Made by a program: the position numbers and the translations under genes
Shown: piece after piece, positions 42,773-50,476 of the stretch
Position numbering within the stretch: position 1 is the first letter of the stretch
How the letters are laid out: every line of letters starts with the position of its first letter
Notes under the pieces: model-generated
The model's input: the letters and a program-made list of their open reading frames with translations, nothing else
Told to the model about the DNA's origin: nothing
Databases searched by the model: none
Source of the DNA: Candidatus Kerfeldbacteria bacterium
Lineage (GTDB): Bacteria; Patescibacteriota; Patescibacteriia; SBBC01
Direction: 5' to 3'
Length of the DNA stretch: 64,000 bases
Assembly: GCA_043799405.1 (NCBI GenBank)
Contig: JAZDNT010000003.1
Location: 335,461-399,460 of the forward strand

Positions 42773-44209
42773 TTAGTTCTCTTTGGGAGTATTAGGATCC
42801 GCTTCTGCTGTGGGCGCTTCACCCTTGGGTGCCTGTTCCGCTGCGGATTCTGCTTCGGCAACAGCCGGAGCAACCTCGTCAGGCGTTGAATCCTTTTTCT
42901 TCTCTTCGGGGGCGGCCTCTGCTCCCTTTACGTCTTCAGATTTTTCCTCGGTCGCAGCTTCGGTACCGCCGTCCTCCTTCTTCGCCGCGATCGCCTCACG
43001 TTCCTTCATTCTGTCCTCGAGGTTCTGGCCTTCGCCGACGATATCGATACGCCATCCGGTCAGTTTTGCGGCAAGACGAACGTTCTGGCCGTTACGGCCG
43101 ATCGCAAGCGACATCTGATCCTCACGAACCTCAGTGATCGCCGAGTGCTCATCGACGTTCGTTTTGATCGACAGGACCTTCGCTGGGGAAAGCGCGTTCG
43201 ATATGAACTTTACGGGGTCATCCGACCATTCGATGATGTCAATCTTCTCGCCGCCGAGCTCGCTGATGACAGTCTGTACTCGCGTACCGCGCTGGCCGAC
43301 GCAGGAGCCGACAGGATCGATGTTCTTCTGATTGGAAAAGACGGCGATCTTCGTTCGCGAACCGGCCTCACGGGCGATCGCCTTTATCTCAACCGAAGCC
43401 GCGCTGATCTCGGGAACCTCTATTGCGAAGAGTTTCCTGACTATTTCGGGATGCGACCGTGACACGACGAGTTCGGGGCCCTTCGGCGTTGTATTGACCG
43501 AAACGAGGTACACCTTCTGACGCTGACCAGACTGGTAGTGTTCGGACGAGATCTGTTCTGGCGGCGGCATGATCGCTGAGGCGTGACCGAGATCGATGAA
43601 GACCATGCGTCCTTCAACGCGCTGGACCGTCCCCGTAAGGATCTCGCCTTCCCTGCCCTTGTACTCCTTGAACAGGGTGTCGCGCTCTGCTTCGCGCAAC
43701 CGCTGAATGATGACCTGCTTCGCGGTCTGGGCTGCCATGCGTCCGTACGCGGCAGGTGGAAACAGCTCGGTCCTGATCTCATCGCCAATGTTGACATCTG
43801 GTTTCTTTTCTTTTGCGACCTTGAGCGGTACCATGGTCTTTGGATCGAAGCGGTCTTCTTTCGCTTCCTCGGTTTCCGGCGACTGCTGCGATATTACCGC
43901 AGCCTCAGGGACGGGAGAATCTGCCGTCCTCGCTGCTTCAGCTTCTGCCTCACGCTGCGCCTCGCGCTCTGCCTGCTCTTTTACGTACGCCTCGTACAGT
44001 TCATCGTCAGCGACGGTCTTTACGTCAAAGACGCGCGATGTCCCATCGTCAGCACTGAACTCAACCTTGATATTCTGATTCTTCTCGCCGAAATCCTTCC
44101 GGTATGCAACAGCGAGCGCCGCCTCGATCGTATCGATGACGGAATCGTATGGGATGTTCTTCTCTTCGGTGATCTGTTGGATCGCTGCCTTGAGCGGAGA
44201 TTGTGCCAT
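42773..44209 (-). CDS. nusA: Transcription termination/antitermination factor NusA with a long acidic C-terminal tail
   Basis: NusA N-domain, S1-like region (GTVQRVEGRMVFIDLG), KH regions (IGRNGQNVRLAAKLTGWRIDI), and an E/K/A-rich tail. Confidence 0.88.
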   Translation of the reverse strand: MAQSPLKAAIQQITEEKNIPYDSVIDTIEAALAVAYRKDFGEKNQNIKVEFSADDGTSRVFDVKTVADDELYEAYVKEQAEREAQREAEAEAARTADSPVPEAAVISQQSPETEEAKEDRFDPKTMVPLKVAKEKKPDVNIGDEIRTELFPPAAYGRMAAQTAKQVIIQRLREAERDTLFKEYKGREGEILTGTVQRVEGRMVFIDLGHASAIMPPPEQISSEHYQSGQRQKVYLVSVNTTPKGPELVVSRSHPEIVRKLFAIEVPEISAASVEIKAIAREAGSRTKIAVFSNQKNIDPVGSCVGQRGTRVQTVISELGGEKIDIIEWSDDPVKFISNALSPAKVLSIKTNVDEHSAITEVREDQMSLAIGRNGQNVRLAAKLTGWRIDIVGEGQNLEDRMKEREAIAAKKEDGGTEAATEEKSEDVKGAEAAPEEKKKDSTPDEVAPAVAEAESAAEQAPKGEAPTAEADPNTPKEN

Positions 44210-44350
44210 TGTGACGTTTACGTTAGTGAGTAGATCCTACGTTTTCCGCTCCCTCTCCTCTCCGAGGAGAGGGTGTCACGAAGTAACAGGTGAGGTATAT
44301 TCGAGAGGGTGTCCCGAGCGCAGTCGAGGGACAGGTGAGGTTTTACATTC

Positions 44351-44377
44351 AAAAAAGGCGAGGTTATTAACCTCGTC
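44351..44377 (-). terminator. Promoter-proximal intrinsic terminator/attenuator in the nusA leader
   Basis: On the minus strand, GACGAGGTTAATAACCTCGCC is followed by TTTTTT. It begins about 8 nt downstream of the predicted start site of the 44384-44411 promoter. Confidence 0.5.
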
Positions 44378-44383
44378 ATACGG

Positions 44384-44411
44384 AGTATACCACAGAAGAA
44401 AATCCTGTCAA
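44384..44411 (-). promoter_or_regulatory. Promoter TTGACA-N16-TGgTATACT upstream of nusA
   Basis: The rc of 44406-44411 is TTGACA and the rc of 44384-44389 is TATACT, preceded by TGG (extended -10). Confidence 0.55.
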
Positions 44412-44418
44412 CCAATTA

Positions 44419-44772
44419 TTAACACAAATCACGAATGTGTCGCGTGGAGTATCCGCTTCCAGACATTTCAATAATCACAAGATCGATACGATACTGCCCA
44501 ACCTCCGGATATCGGCGTTGGTATTCAGCTGCTGCCATAGCTAATTTGTCCAGCTTCTTCTCACCGACCGACTCTTCGGGCGCCCCAAATGAACGATCCC
44601 TCCTCGTTTTTACCTCGATGAACGCGGTTGTTTCACCGTCCCGCATGATGAGGTCGATCTCTCCGTACCGTGTGCGAAAATGTCTTTCGATGAACACAAG
44701 GCCGCGTCGCTCAAGAAAGCGCTGCGCAACCTCTTCCCCGCGCCACCCGAGCTGTGTTGCTCGGGTCACCAT
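44419..44772 (-). CDS. yraN: YraN-family (UPF0102) endonuclease
   Basis: GEEVAQRFLERRGLVFIERHFRTRYGEIDLIMRDGETTAFIEVKTR is the family signature. Confidence 0.85.
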   Translation of the reverse strand: MVTRATQLGWRGEEVAQRFLERRGLVFIERHFRTRYGEIDLIMRDGETTAFIEVKTRRDRSFGAPEESVGEKKLDKLAMAAAEYQRRYPEVGQYRIDLVIIEMSGSGYSTRHIRDLC

Positions 44773-44775
44773 TGT

Positions 44776-45339
44776 TCACCCCGCCTTAACGACAACGAGA
44801 CCGTAGTGGTACTGTCCTGCCTCGAACTGATCGAACGGTGCGAGACCGACCTGACTGCAGAGCTCGAGTATGCGTTGCAGCGGAACGACCTGTTCGCGTT
44901 TCGGTCCGAACGCTTCGCCGCCCTTTGTCCATTCAATAATGAGGAGACGCGCGCCTGATTTCAGCATACGCGCGCACTCGGTCAGGATCTCCTTCTGCTT
45001 CTTCGAACTGTGGAGTACGTTCACGAGGATGCCGAAGTCGAGCGATCCGTCCCGTACCACGCGCGCGCCACCGACGATCTCAAGGTCAGACCAGACAGGC
45101 TTGAAGTTCATGCACCCTTCGAGCCGGGCTTTCCCAAGGGCGCTCGAAAGCGCCGGCTTGAAAACGTCGATCGCGAAGACGACGCCGCGGTCGCCTATCA
45201 TCTTCGATGCCTGGATCCCGAAGTATGCGGCACCTCCGACGCCGAAATCCCCGACGTGCATGCCAGCGGACAACCCTGACCGTTCGAGCAGCTTTACTGG
45301 ATCGAGGAACGACCTTCCGGACGGTACGATTTCGTTCAT
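44776..45339 (-). CDS. Class I SAM-dependent methyltransferase
   Basis: VGDFGVGGAAYF (motif I-like) and RLLIIEW (motif IV region). Confidence 0.65.
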   Translation of the reverse strand: MNEIVPSGRSFLDPVKLLERSGLSAGMHVGDFGVGGAAYFGIQASKMIGDRGVVFAIDVFKPALSSALGKARLEGCMNFKPVWSDLEIVGGARVVRDGSLDFGILVNVLHSSKKQKEILTECARMLKSGARLLIIEWTKGGEAFGPKREQVVPLQRILELCSQVGLAPFDQFEAGQYHYGLVVVKAG

Positions 45340-45345
45340 AAGCCT

Positions 45346-45954
45346 CTACCTCATGTGTTTCATCGGGACGAAACTCCGACGATGTATTTTCGATAGGCCA
45401 AGCTTCTTGAGTTTCTTGCGGTGGTCCGCGGTCCCGTACCCGACGTGTTTCCAGAATCCGTAGCCGGGATGCTCCCGATCGAACCCTTTCATAAGTGTAT
45501 CACGAACTACCTTCGCGACAATAGATGCCGCGGCAATGCTTAAGACCTTAACGTCGCCCTTGATGATCGCCTTCACGGTTTTCTTCCCGAACTTCACCTT
45601 AACCGCATCGATGAGAACAGCGTCCGGTTCGACGTGGAGCTTTTTGAGCGACTGTTCAATGGCCTTCGTGTTCGCTTTTTGGATGCCGATACGGTCGATC
45701 GTATCGTGCGAAACGACGCCGACAGCCCAGCTTAACGCGTTCTTCGTGATCCGAACGAACAGCCTCTCCCGTGCCGCGGGAGAAAGCTGTTTCGAGTCCC
45801 GAACTCCCTTCACAGAAAAACGTTCCGGAAGGACGACCGCTGCGGCAACGACAGGGCCGGCCCACGCCCCTCTCCCAACCTCGTCACAACCGGCAATGGT
45901 AACGTGACCTGCCTTCCGCAGTGCCTTTTCTTCTCTTGTGTGGGGGAATAGCAT
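45346..45954 (-). CDS. rnhB: Ribonuclease HII
   Basis: IAGCDEVGRGAWAGPVVAAAVV and DSKQLS motifs. Confidence 0.88.
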   Translation of the reverse strand: MLFPHTREEKALRKAGHVTIAGCDEVGRGAWAGPVVAAAVVLPERFSVKGVRDSKQLSPAARERLFVRITKNALSWAVGVVSHDTIDRIGIQKANTKAIEQSLKKLHVEPDAVLIDAVKVKFGKKTVKAIIKGDVKVLSIAAASIVAKVVRDTLMKGFDREHPGYGFWKHVGYGTADHRKKLKKLGLSKIHRRSFVPMKHMR

Positions 45955-45966
45955 ATACCGATGTGT

Positions 45967-45995
45967 AGTGTACGCTCCCCATTAATAAAAATCAA
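45967..45995 (-). promoter_or_regulatory. Promoter TTGATT-N17-TACACT for rnhB
   Basis: The rc of 45990-45995 is TTGATT and the rc of 45967-45972 is TACACT. It lies immediately downstream of the ncRNA terminator. Confidence 0.45.
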
Positions 45996-46010
45996 AACAG
46001 TGCTTTCCTG

Positions 46011-47473
46011 AATAACAAAAACGGGCAGTCTCGCAAGTGCAAGACCCCGTCAGGAATGGTGAAAAGGTGCAAATGGTGCCAAGAACGGCACCGGTGAAAG
46101 AACGGCTCGGCGAGCCCCGTTGAAAGCTTTGCTTTTTTACGGGGCGAGCGCCGAGAGTGCGTGACCCCTTGTGGCCGCACAGCCCCACGCACAACTGCAG
46201 CGCTCGCCTGCCGTTACTCCAGTTGTCTCTGGATCAGCCCGGGTGGAACCGGCCGGTCCAGATGGGTGACTTCACGAAGCCCCTGCCGTTGTAGTGCTCC
46301 GTCGCGGAGCGAAGTCCGACGAAATACGCCGTTTGAGGAGGCGCGATCTCGTCGCACAGGCCCCAAGGATTCAGAGGCAATACCCGACAACTTGGCATGA
46401 GGCACTTCCTCACGATGAGGAACGAGAAACCCATGGCCGCGGGAAAGGGCTCCACTACGAGGTGGAGACACGGGTGCTTCTTTGCACACCGGGCGTGGAG
46501 CCCTCCCGCAGAGGATGAGAGTTGGAACCAGCTGCTTACTGGTGTAGTTCGGCAGTCCGTGCCTCCGGGATTCGGGCTCGTACCGCTTGTGGACTCGCCG
46601 GTCACAAGTCCGGTGATCACCCGAAAGCACGGCTGCCGCCCGAGTTCGGAAGATTCCGAGTCACTTCTTGACCACGGGTCGTGTGCGCTGAACGTTCAAC
46701 GCGATCTCTTCCACGATTCAGCGCGTGAACGGCGCGCCCGTGGCCTCAGTCACTTGCCGCAGTGCTGCTTCCTCACACGTCTCATGCGAACCCTCCTTGG
46801 GTTCTCACGATTGGGGGTGGTGACGTTGTGGGATCAGGGACGACTCCCGCGTGCAGAGCCCGGCAGTGTTTCGTGGACTCTTCGCTTCGCTTACTTCCTG
46901 TTGCGTTGGTACCTTCGACAGTTACCTGCCGGGACCCTGCACAACGGGGAACAGCTCCGTGAGCAGTGGGTTCTACTGGATTTTGCGCGCCGAGTCATCG
47001 ATCGCGCTCATGAACCGACTGCTTACGGTCGGCGTGCTCCGCTCAAAGGGGCGGAGCTCTCTCGTGGGGCATGCAGCAGTCCTTCCTTTGGATCTGTGCA
47101 ATCGAGAGCTGTGCGGCGCAAGTCGCGTCGCGGCCAACGGGTTGGAGGGGATGCGGATCTCGGGGGGACCCGCGCGGACCCAGGCAAGCCTTACTCCCCG
47201 AACGAAGAAGTTTCCCTGCATGCACGACCACGGTCGTGCAACCTTTGTTCTGGTCAATGAGGGATGGTCTTCGTGTTCAGGTTTCTGGGCTAGCCCAGGC
47301 AAACCAGAAACCGTTCGTGGACAGGCTTCTACTCCTTAGTTGCCGTACTCCTTTCCGTGTGTCCTCGGCGGTTCCTGAAAGCCTCACCATGCCGGTGAGG
47401 GGGAGCGAATATGCTGCAGTATTTACTTGTCAGGTTGCTATCTAGACGACGAAAAATACCGACTTCTTTATCT
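46011..47473 (-). ncRNA. Candidate very large (about 1.46 kb) structured non-coding RNA of unknown class
   Basis: No credible ORF in any frame. GC-rich and dense in perfect short hairpins. Own promoter (47480-47507) and an intrinsic terminator (hairpin 46021-46050 followed by TTTTGTTATT on the minus strand). Confidence 0.5.
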
Positions 47474-47479
47474 ACCAAA

Positions 47480-47507
47480 ACAATACTCCCGTGATAATAC
47501 TTGTCAA
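47480..47507 (-). promoter_or_regulatory. Promoter TTGACA-N16-TATTGT upstream of the candidate large ncRNA
   Basis: The rc of 47502-47507 is TTGACA and the rc of 47480-47485 is TATTGT. It sits in an AT-rich spacer between the truncated CoA-binding ORF and the GC-rich block. Confidence 0.45.
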
Positions 47508-47538
47508 GATGAGAGTACTTGGCTAATGTTAGCGAATT

Positions 47539-47778
47539 TTATATGTTACACTGCCTTCTAACGACCATTATACACGCCCCAGAAGCAACAATTCTGAGCC
47601 CGATCTGCTTTGCGTGAGCGACAATTGCAGGAGATTCTGCGCCGGGCTGGAACCACAGCCGTTTTACCCCTGCTTTCTTCGCATCATTAAGTACAGAAAT
47701 ACCGATGCTCGGGGGAACTATAACGACTGCGATATAAGGCGGGACAGCGACGATGACCTCCCCATTGCCTGTCGGCAT
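47539..47778 (-). pseudogene. CoA-binding domain protein, C-terminal half only
   Basis: 79 aa ending in GVKRLWFQPGAESPAIVAHAKQIGLRIVASGACIMV. The N-terminal Rossmann half (about 55 aa) is absent and its place is taken by a roughly 150-bp multi-hairpin element. Confidence 0.6.
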
Positions 47779-47931
47779 TTCCCCTCCTACCGCCCCCTCC
47801 CCCTCTTAAGTTTAGGAGGGGTGCCGCCTGGCGGCGGGAAGGTAGGAGGGAAAACCGCGGCGTAAAGCCGCGTTGCGGCCACGCCGCTTTACGCGGAGCG
47901 GAGAGGGGGTTGTTTTCCACTCCGGCTGACT
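47779..47931. repeat. Composite GC-rich multi-hairpin element (family A variant)
   Basis: CCCTCCTACC...GGTAGGAGGG is a 10-bp outer stem enclosing CCCCTC/GAGGGG. Hairpins CGCGGC-gtaaa-GCCGCG and CCGC-tttac-GCGG follow. Confidence 0.65.
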
Positions 47932-49206
47932 TTAAACCCCGCGTGCGACTATCGCTTCTGCAATCCGGCTTGTCGCGACGACCCACGCCGCTGTCCGGAG
48001 GTCGACACCGAGTTTTTCGTGTGTTGCCCAGACCGTTGTGAACGCTTCTGTCATCGTTCTCGAAAGCTCCCCGCGGAATTTCTTTTCGGACCAGTATGAG
48101 TTCGTCGTGTTCTGCACCCACTCGAAGTACGAGCCGACGACGCCTCCGCTGTTGGCAAGAATGTCAGGGGCAACGTACACCTTCCGCTTCATGAACCTCA
48201 TGTCGGCTTCCGGCGTAACGGCGCCGTTCGCCATTTCGAGTACGACCTTTGCCCTGACGCTCCCGGCATTCCCAGAGGTTATCGCACTCTCGAGCGCGGC
48301 CGGGACAAGGACATCGACCGGCAAGGACAGCAGCTGCCTGTTCGTTACTGATTTGTAATTCTTCGAGTCGCATACGGTCCCGACGCAGTACATACCCGCG
48401 ATCGTACCGCGCTCCTTCTTCGTTGCCAGGATGTTAACGGGATCCATTCCCTTCTTTCGAAGATCAAAGATGCCCCCGCGTGAATCAGATACTGCCACGA
48501 TGCGGTACCCGGCGTCGTGCATCAGCTTCGCAATGAAGTACCCGACGTTGCCGAATCCCTGTACGGCGACCGTTGTCTCTTTCGGCTTCTTTCCGAGCTT
48601 TGCCATGAGAAGGTCGAGCACGTGCAGTCCGCCTAAGCCCGTCGAGTATTCGCGGCCGACCGCTCCTCCGAGGTTCACGGGTTTACCAGTGAACGCGCCG
48701 GGCTGCCACGATCCCGTCAGTCGGCTGTACTCATCGACCATCCATGCCATGATCTGCGGCGTCGTGTAGACGTCGGGTGCCGGAACGTCGACCGAAGGCC
48801 CTAAATACTTATAGAGAGCGCGCACCCAGCCCCGCGACAGCTCTTCGAGCTCGCGAGGGGAGAGCGCCTTCGGATCGACCGTAACGCCTCCCTTGCCGCC
48901 GCCGAACGGGATGTTCACGGTCGCGCACTTCACCGCCATCCAGAACGCGAGCGCCTTGACCTCGGAAAGGTTCGTTTTTGGATGGAACCGAATACCGCCC
49001 TTGAATGGGCCCCGGGCGTCGTTGTACTGCACGCGGTACCCCTCGAACACCCTGGTCGAACCGTTATCCATTCGGACAGGGATGCCGACCTGTATGATCC
49101 GCTGCGGACGCTTTAGGATCTCAACAGCTCGATCCGGAAGCGAAAGGTGAGAAACCGCGCGGTTGAGCTGCGTAAGTGCGTTTCGGAAAGGATTGCTCTG
49201 TGCCAT
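47932..49206 (-). CDS. gdhA: Glutamate dehydrogenase (Glu/Leu/Phe/Val dehydrogenase family)
   Basis: GGIRFHP, KCATVNIPFGGGKGGV and VAVQGFGNVG (NAD(P) fold). Confidence 0.9.
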   Translation of the reverse strand: MAQSNPFRNALTQLNRAVSHLSLPDRAVEILKRPQRIIQVGIPVRMDNGSTRVFEGYRVQYNDARGPFKGGIRFHPKTNLSEVKALAFWMAVKCATVNIPFGGGKGGVTVDPKALSPRELEELSRGWVRALYKYLGPSVDVPAPDVYTTPQIMAWMVDEYSRLTGSWQPGAFTGKPVNLGGAVGREYSTGLGGLHVLDLLMAKLGKKPKETTVAVQGFGNVGYFIAKLMHDAGYRIVAVSDSRGGIFDLRKKGMDPVNILATKKERGTIAGMYCVGTVCDSKNYKSVTNRQLLSLPVDVLVPAALESAITSGNAGSVRAKVVLEMANGAVTPEADMRFMKRKVYVAPDILANSGGVVGSYFEWVQNTTNSYWSEKKFRGELSRTMTEAFTTVWATHEKLGVDLRTAAWVVATSRIAEAIVARGV

Positions 49207-49238
49207 AGGTGTTATTGTTACTTTCTATCGGTTAACCG

Positions 49239-49565
49239 TTACTTCAGGCTATCCTTAAGTATGTCGTCGAGCTGCTTCTTGCTGTGCATGCCGACACCCT
49301 GCCAAACAGGTTTTCCGTTCTTGAAGAGCATAAGCGTCGGGATCGAGAGGATGCTGTACTTCATCGTTGTCCGCGGGTTCCCGTCGACATCAACACCGCC
49401 AACTTTGACCTTACCGTCATACTCCTTCGCGATCTCATTGATGATCGGTGCCTGTGCTTTACATGGGCCGCACCACGTCGCCCAAAAATCAACGAGAACC
49501 GGCATCGCGGCCTCCTTCATGACCTCAAGTTCGAAATTCTGATCGGTGAGCGTGAGCTCCGCCAT
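49239..49565 (-). CDS. trxA: Thioredoxin
   Basis: WATWCGPCK active site, 108 aa. Confidence 0.95.
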   Translation of the reverse strand: MAELTLTDQNFELEVMKEAAMPVLVDFWATWCGPCKAQAPIINEIAKEYDGKVKVGGVDVDGNPRTTMKYSILSIPTLMLFKNGKPVWQGVGMHSKKQLDDILKDSLK

Positions 49566-49584
49566 ATGGTCTCCTTCTAAACCC

Positions 49585-49624
49585 TCCCCTCCTGCCCGAG
49601 GAGGGGCTGGGGGTGGTGGGAGTT
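49585..49624 (+). repeat. Repeat family A copy in the csoR-trxA spacer
   Basis: TCCCCTCCTGCCCGAGGAGGGGCTGGGGGTGGTGGGAGTT. It overlaps the csoR-like stop codon by 2 nt. Confidence 0.8.
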
Positions 49625-49889
49625 ATGTTTTTCCGATGAATGTCTTCGTGAGTGAAAGGATGTCGTGGGGATCGATGTGTCTCTTTCGCGCGAGGCGGGC
49701 GAGTTCTTCGTTTAACAGTATTGCGGCGACGCTCGCAAGTCCGCTCCTCACGGCCTCTATCTGCGCGAGGATCTCAACGCATGAACGGCGACCCGAAACC
49801 ATGCGGTTCACCGCAGTAAGCTGCCCCGACAGTTTATTGATGCGCGCCGCGATCGTTCGGGAGGCGCGTTTTGTTGCCACAGAAGCCAT
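49623..49889 (-). CDS. CsoR/RcnR/FrmR-family metal-sensing transcriptional repressor
   Basis: 88 aa. RINKLSGQLTAVNRMV...CVEILAQIEAVRSGL is the DUF156 pattern, with the conserved Cys. Confidence 0.8.
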   Translation of the reverse strand: MASVATKRASRTIAARINKLSGQLTAVNRMVSGRRSCVEILAQIEAVRSGLASVAAILLNEELARLARKRHIDPHDILSLTKTFIGKT

Positions 49890-50012
49890 ATATACCCCTA
49901 GGGGGTATATTAGGGTGCCGTAAACGCGTTGTCAAGGGAGAGGGGGCTCCGGAACGGCGAAGGTTGAGTTTCAAGCTCACATTTGCTACCATGACGGAGC
50001 TTTCGGCACCTT

Positions 50013-50135
50013 GATACGTGCGGCCACGTAGCCAAGTCCCCGCCATACGGCGGGGTAAAGTCCAGGCAAGGGTCTGTCCCGCCCTCGATGGGCGGGATCC
50101 CGCAAGTCCTTTCGCGAGAATAAAAAAGGAGCGGG
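50013..50135 (+). other. tRNA-Cys-like degenerate 5' fragment carrying GC hairpin insertions
   Basis: GCGGCCACGTAGCCAAGT...GGTAAAG...GGGTCTG parallels the D-arm and anticodon-stem 5' side of the adjacent tRNA-Cys (GGTAGCCAAGTAGTAAGGCGGAGGTCTG). It carries inserted hairpins CCCCGCC-atac-GGCGGGG and TCCCGCCC-tcgat-GGGCGGGA. No acceptor 3' strand is present. Confidence 0.35.
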
Positions 50136-50167
50136 ACAAAACCTTTCTATGCCTTCTTTAAAAATAT

Positions 50168-50242
50168 GGCCTGGTAGCCAAGTAGTAAGGCGGAGGTCTG
50201 CAAAACCTTTATACGCGGGTGCAATTCCCGCCCAGGCCTCCA
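50168..50242 (+). tRNA. tRNA-Cys(GCA), CCA encoded
   Basis: Acceptor GGCCTGG/CCAGGCC, anticodon loop CTGCAAA, T-arm GCGGG-TGCAATT-CCCGC. Confidence 0.88.
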
Positions 50243-50243
50243 T

Positions 50244-50318
50244 GCGGGCGTAGTTCAGCGGTAGAATGCTTCCTTGCCAAGGAAGAGGTCGCCGGTTCGA
50301 ATCCGGTCGCCCGCTCCA
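50244..50318 (+). tRNA. tRNA-Gly(GCC), CCA encoded
   Basis: Acceptor GCGGGCG/CGCCCGC, anticodon arm CTTCC-TTGCCAA-GGAAG, T-loop TTCGAAT. It starts 1 nt after the CCA of tRNA-Cys. Confidence 0.9.
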
Positions 50319-50436
50319 GTCCCACAACGTGGGACAATCAAAATATAGAATACGGACGAGAAGGGCGAGGACATGATTGCCGGTGGCGATCATTCCCGCA
50401 GCCCGGGCCCGGAGCGACGACGACGTTCGTCGCGAA

Positions 50437-50463
50437 GTGGCGAGTCCGCTCGCCCGCTCCAGT
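50437..50463 (+). repeat. Minihelix-like copy of the tRNA-Gly(GCC) 3' end
   Basis: TCGCCCGCTCCAGT (50450-50463) is identical to 50307-50320. It is preceded by a substitute T-arm-like hairpin GGCGA-gtccgc-TCGCC. Confidence 0.6.
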
Positions 50464-50476
50464 GATTCAACAAAAT

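Noticed and set aside
46058-46095. GGTGAAAAGGTGC...GGTGCC-AAGAAC-GGCACC resembles the RNase P RNA J11/12-P12 region (GGGUGAAAGGGUGCGGUAAGAGCGCACC)
   Set aside because: There is no P4 strand (GGAAAGUCCGGGC / ACAGAACCCGGCUUA) in either orientation nearby. The motif is on the plus strand, whereas the promoter and terminator logic favours the minus strand. It is likely a chance resemblance.
46397-47260. 287-aa plus-strand ORF, the longest in the 46-47.4 kb block, and overlapping 100-160-aa ORFs on both strands
   Set aside because: The translations are R/W/S/C/G-rich with no domain-like pattern. Several frames on both strands are open at once, and no Shine-Dalgarno or sensible start is present. 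This fits GC-rich non-coding DNA, so I treated the block as an ncRNA candidate.
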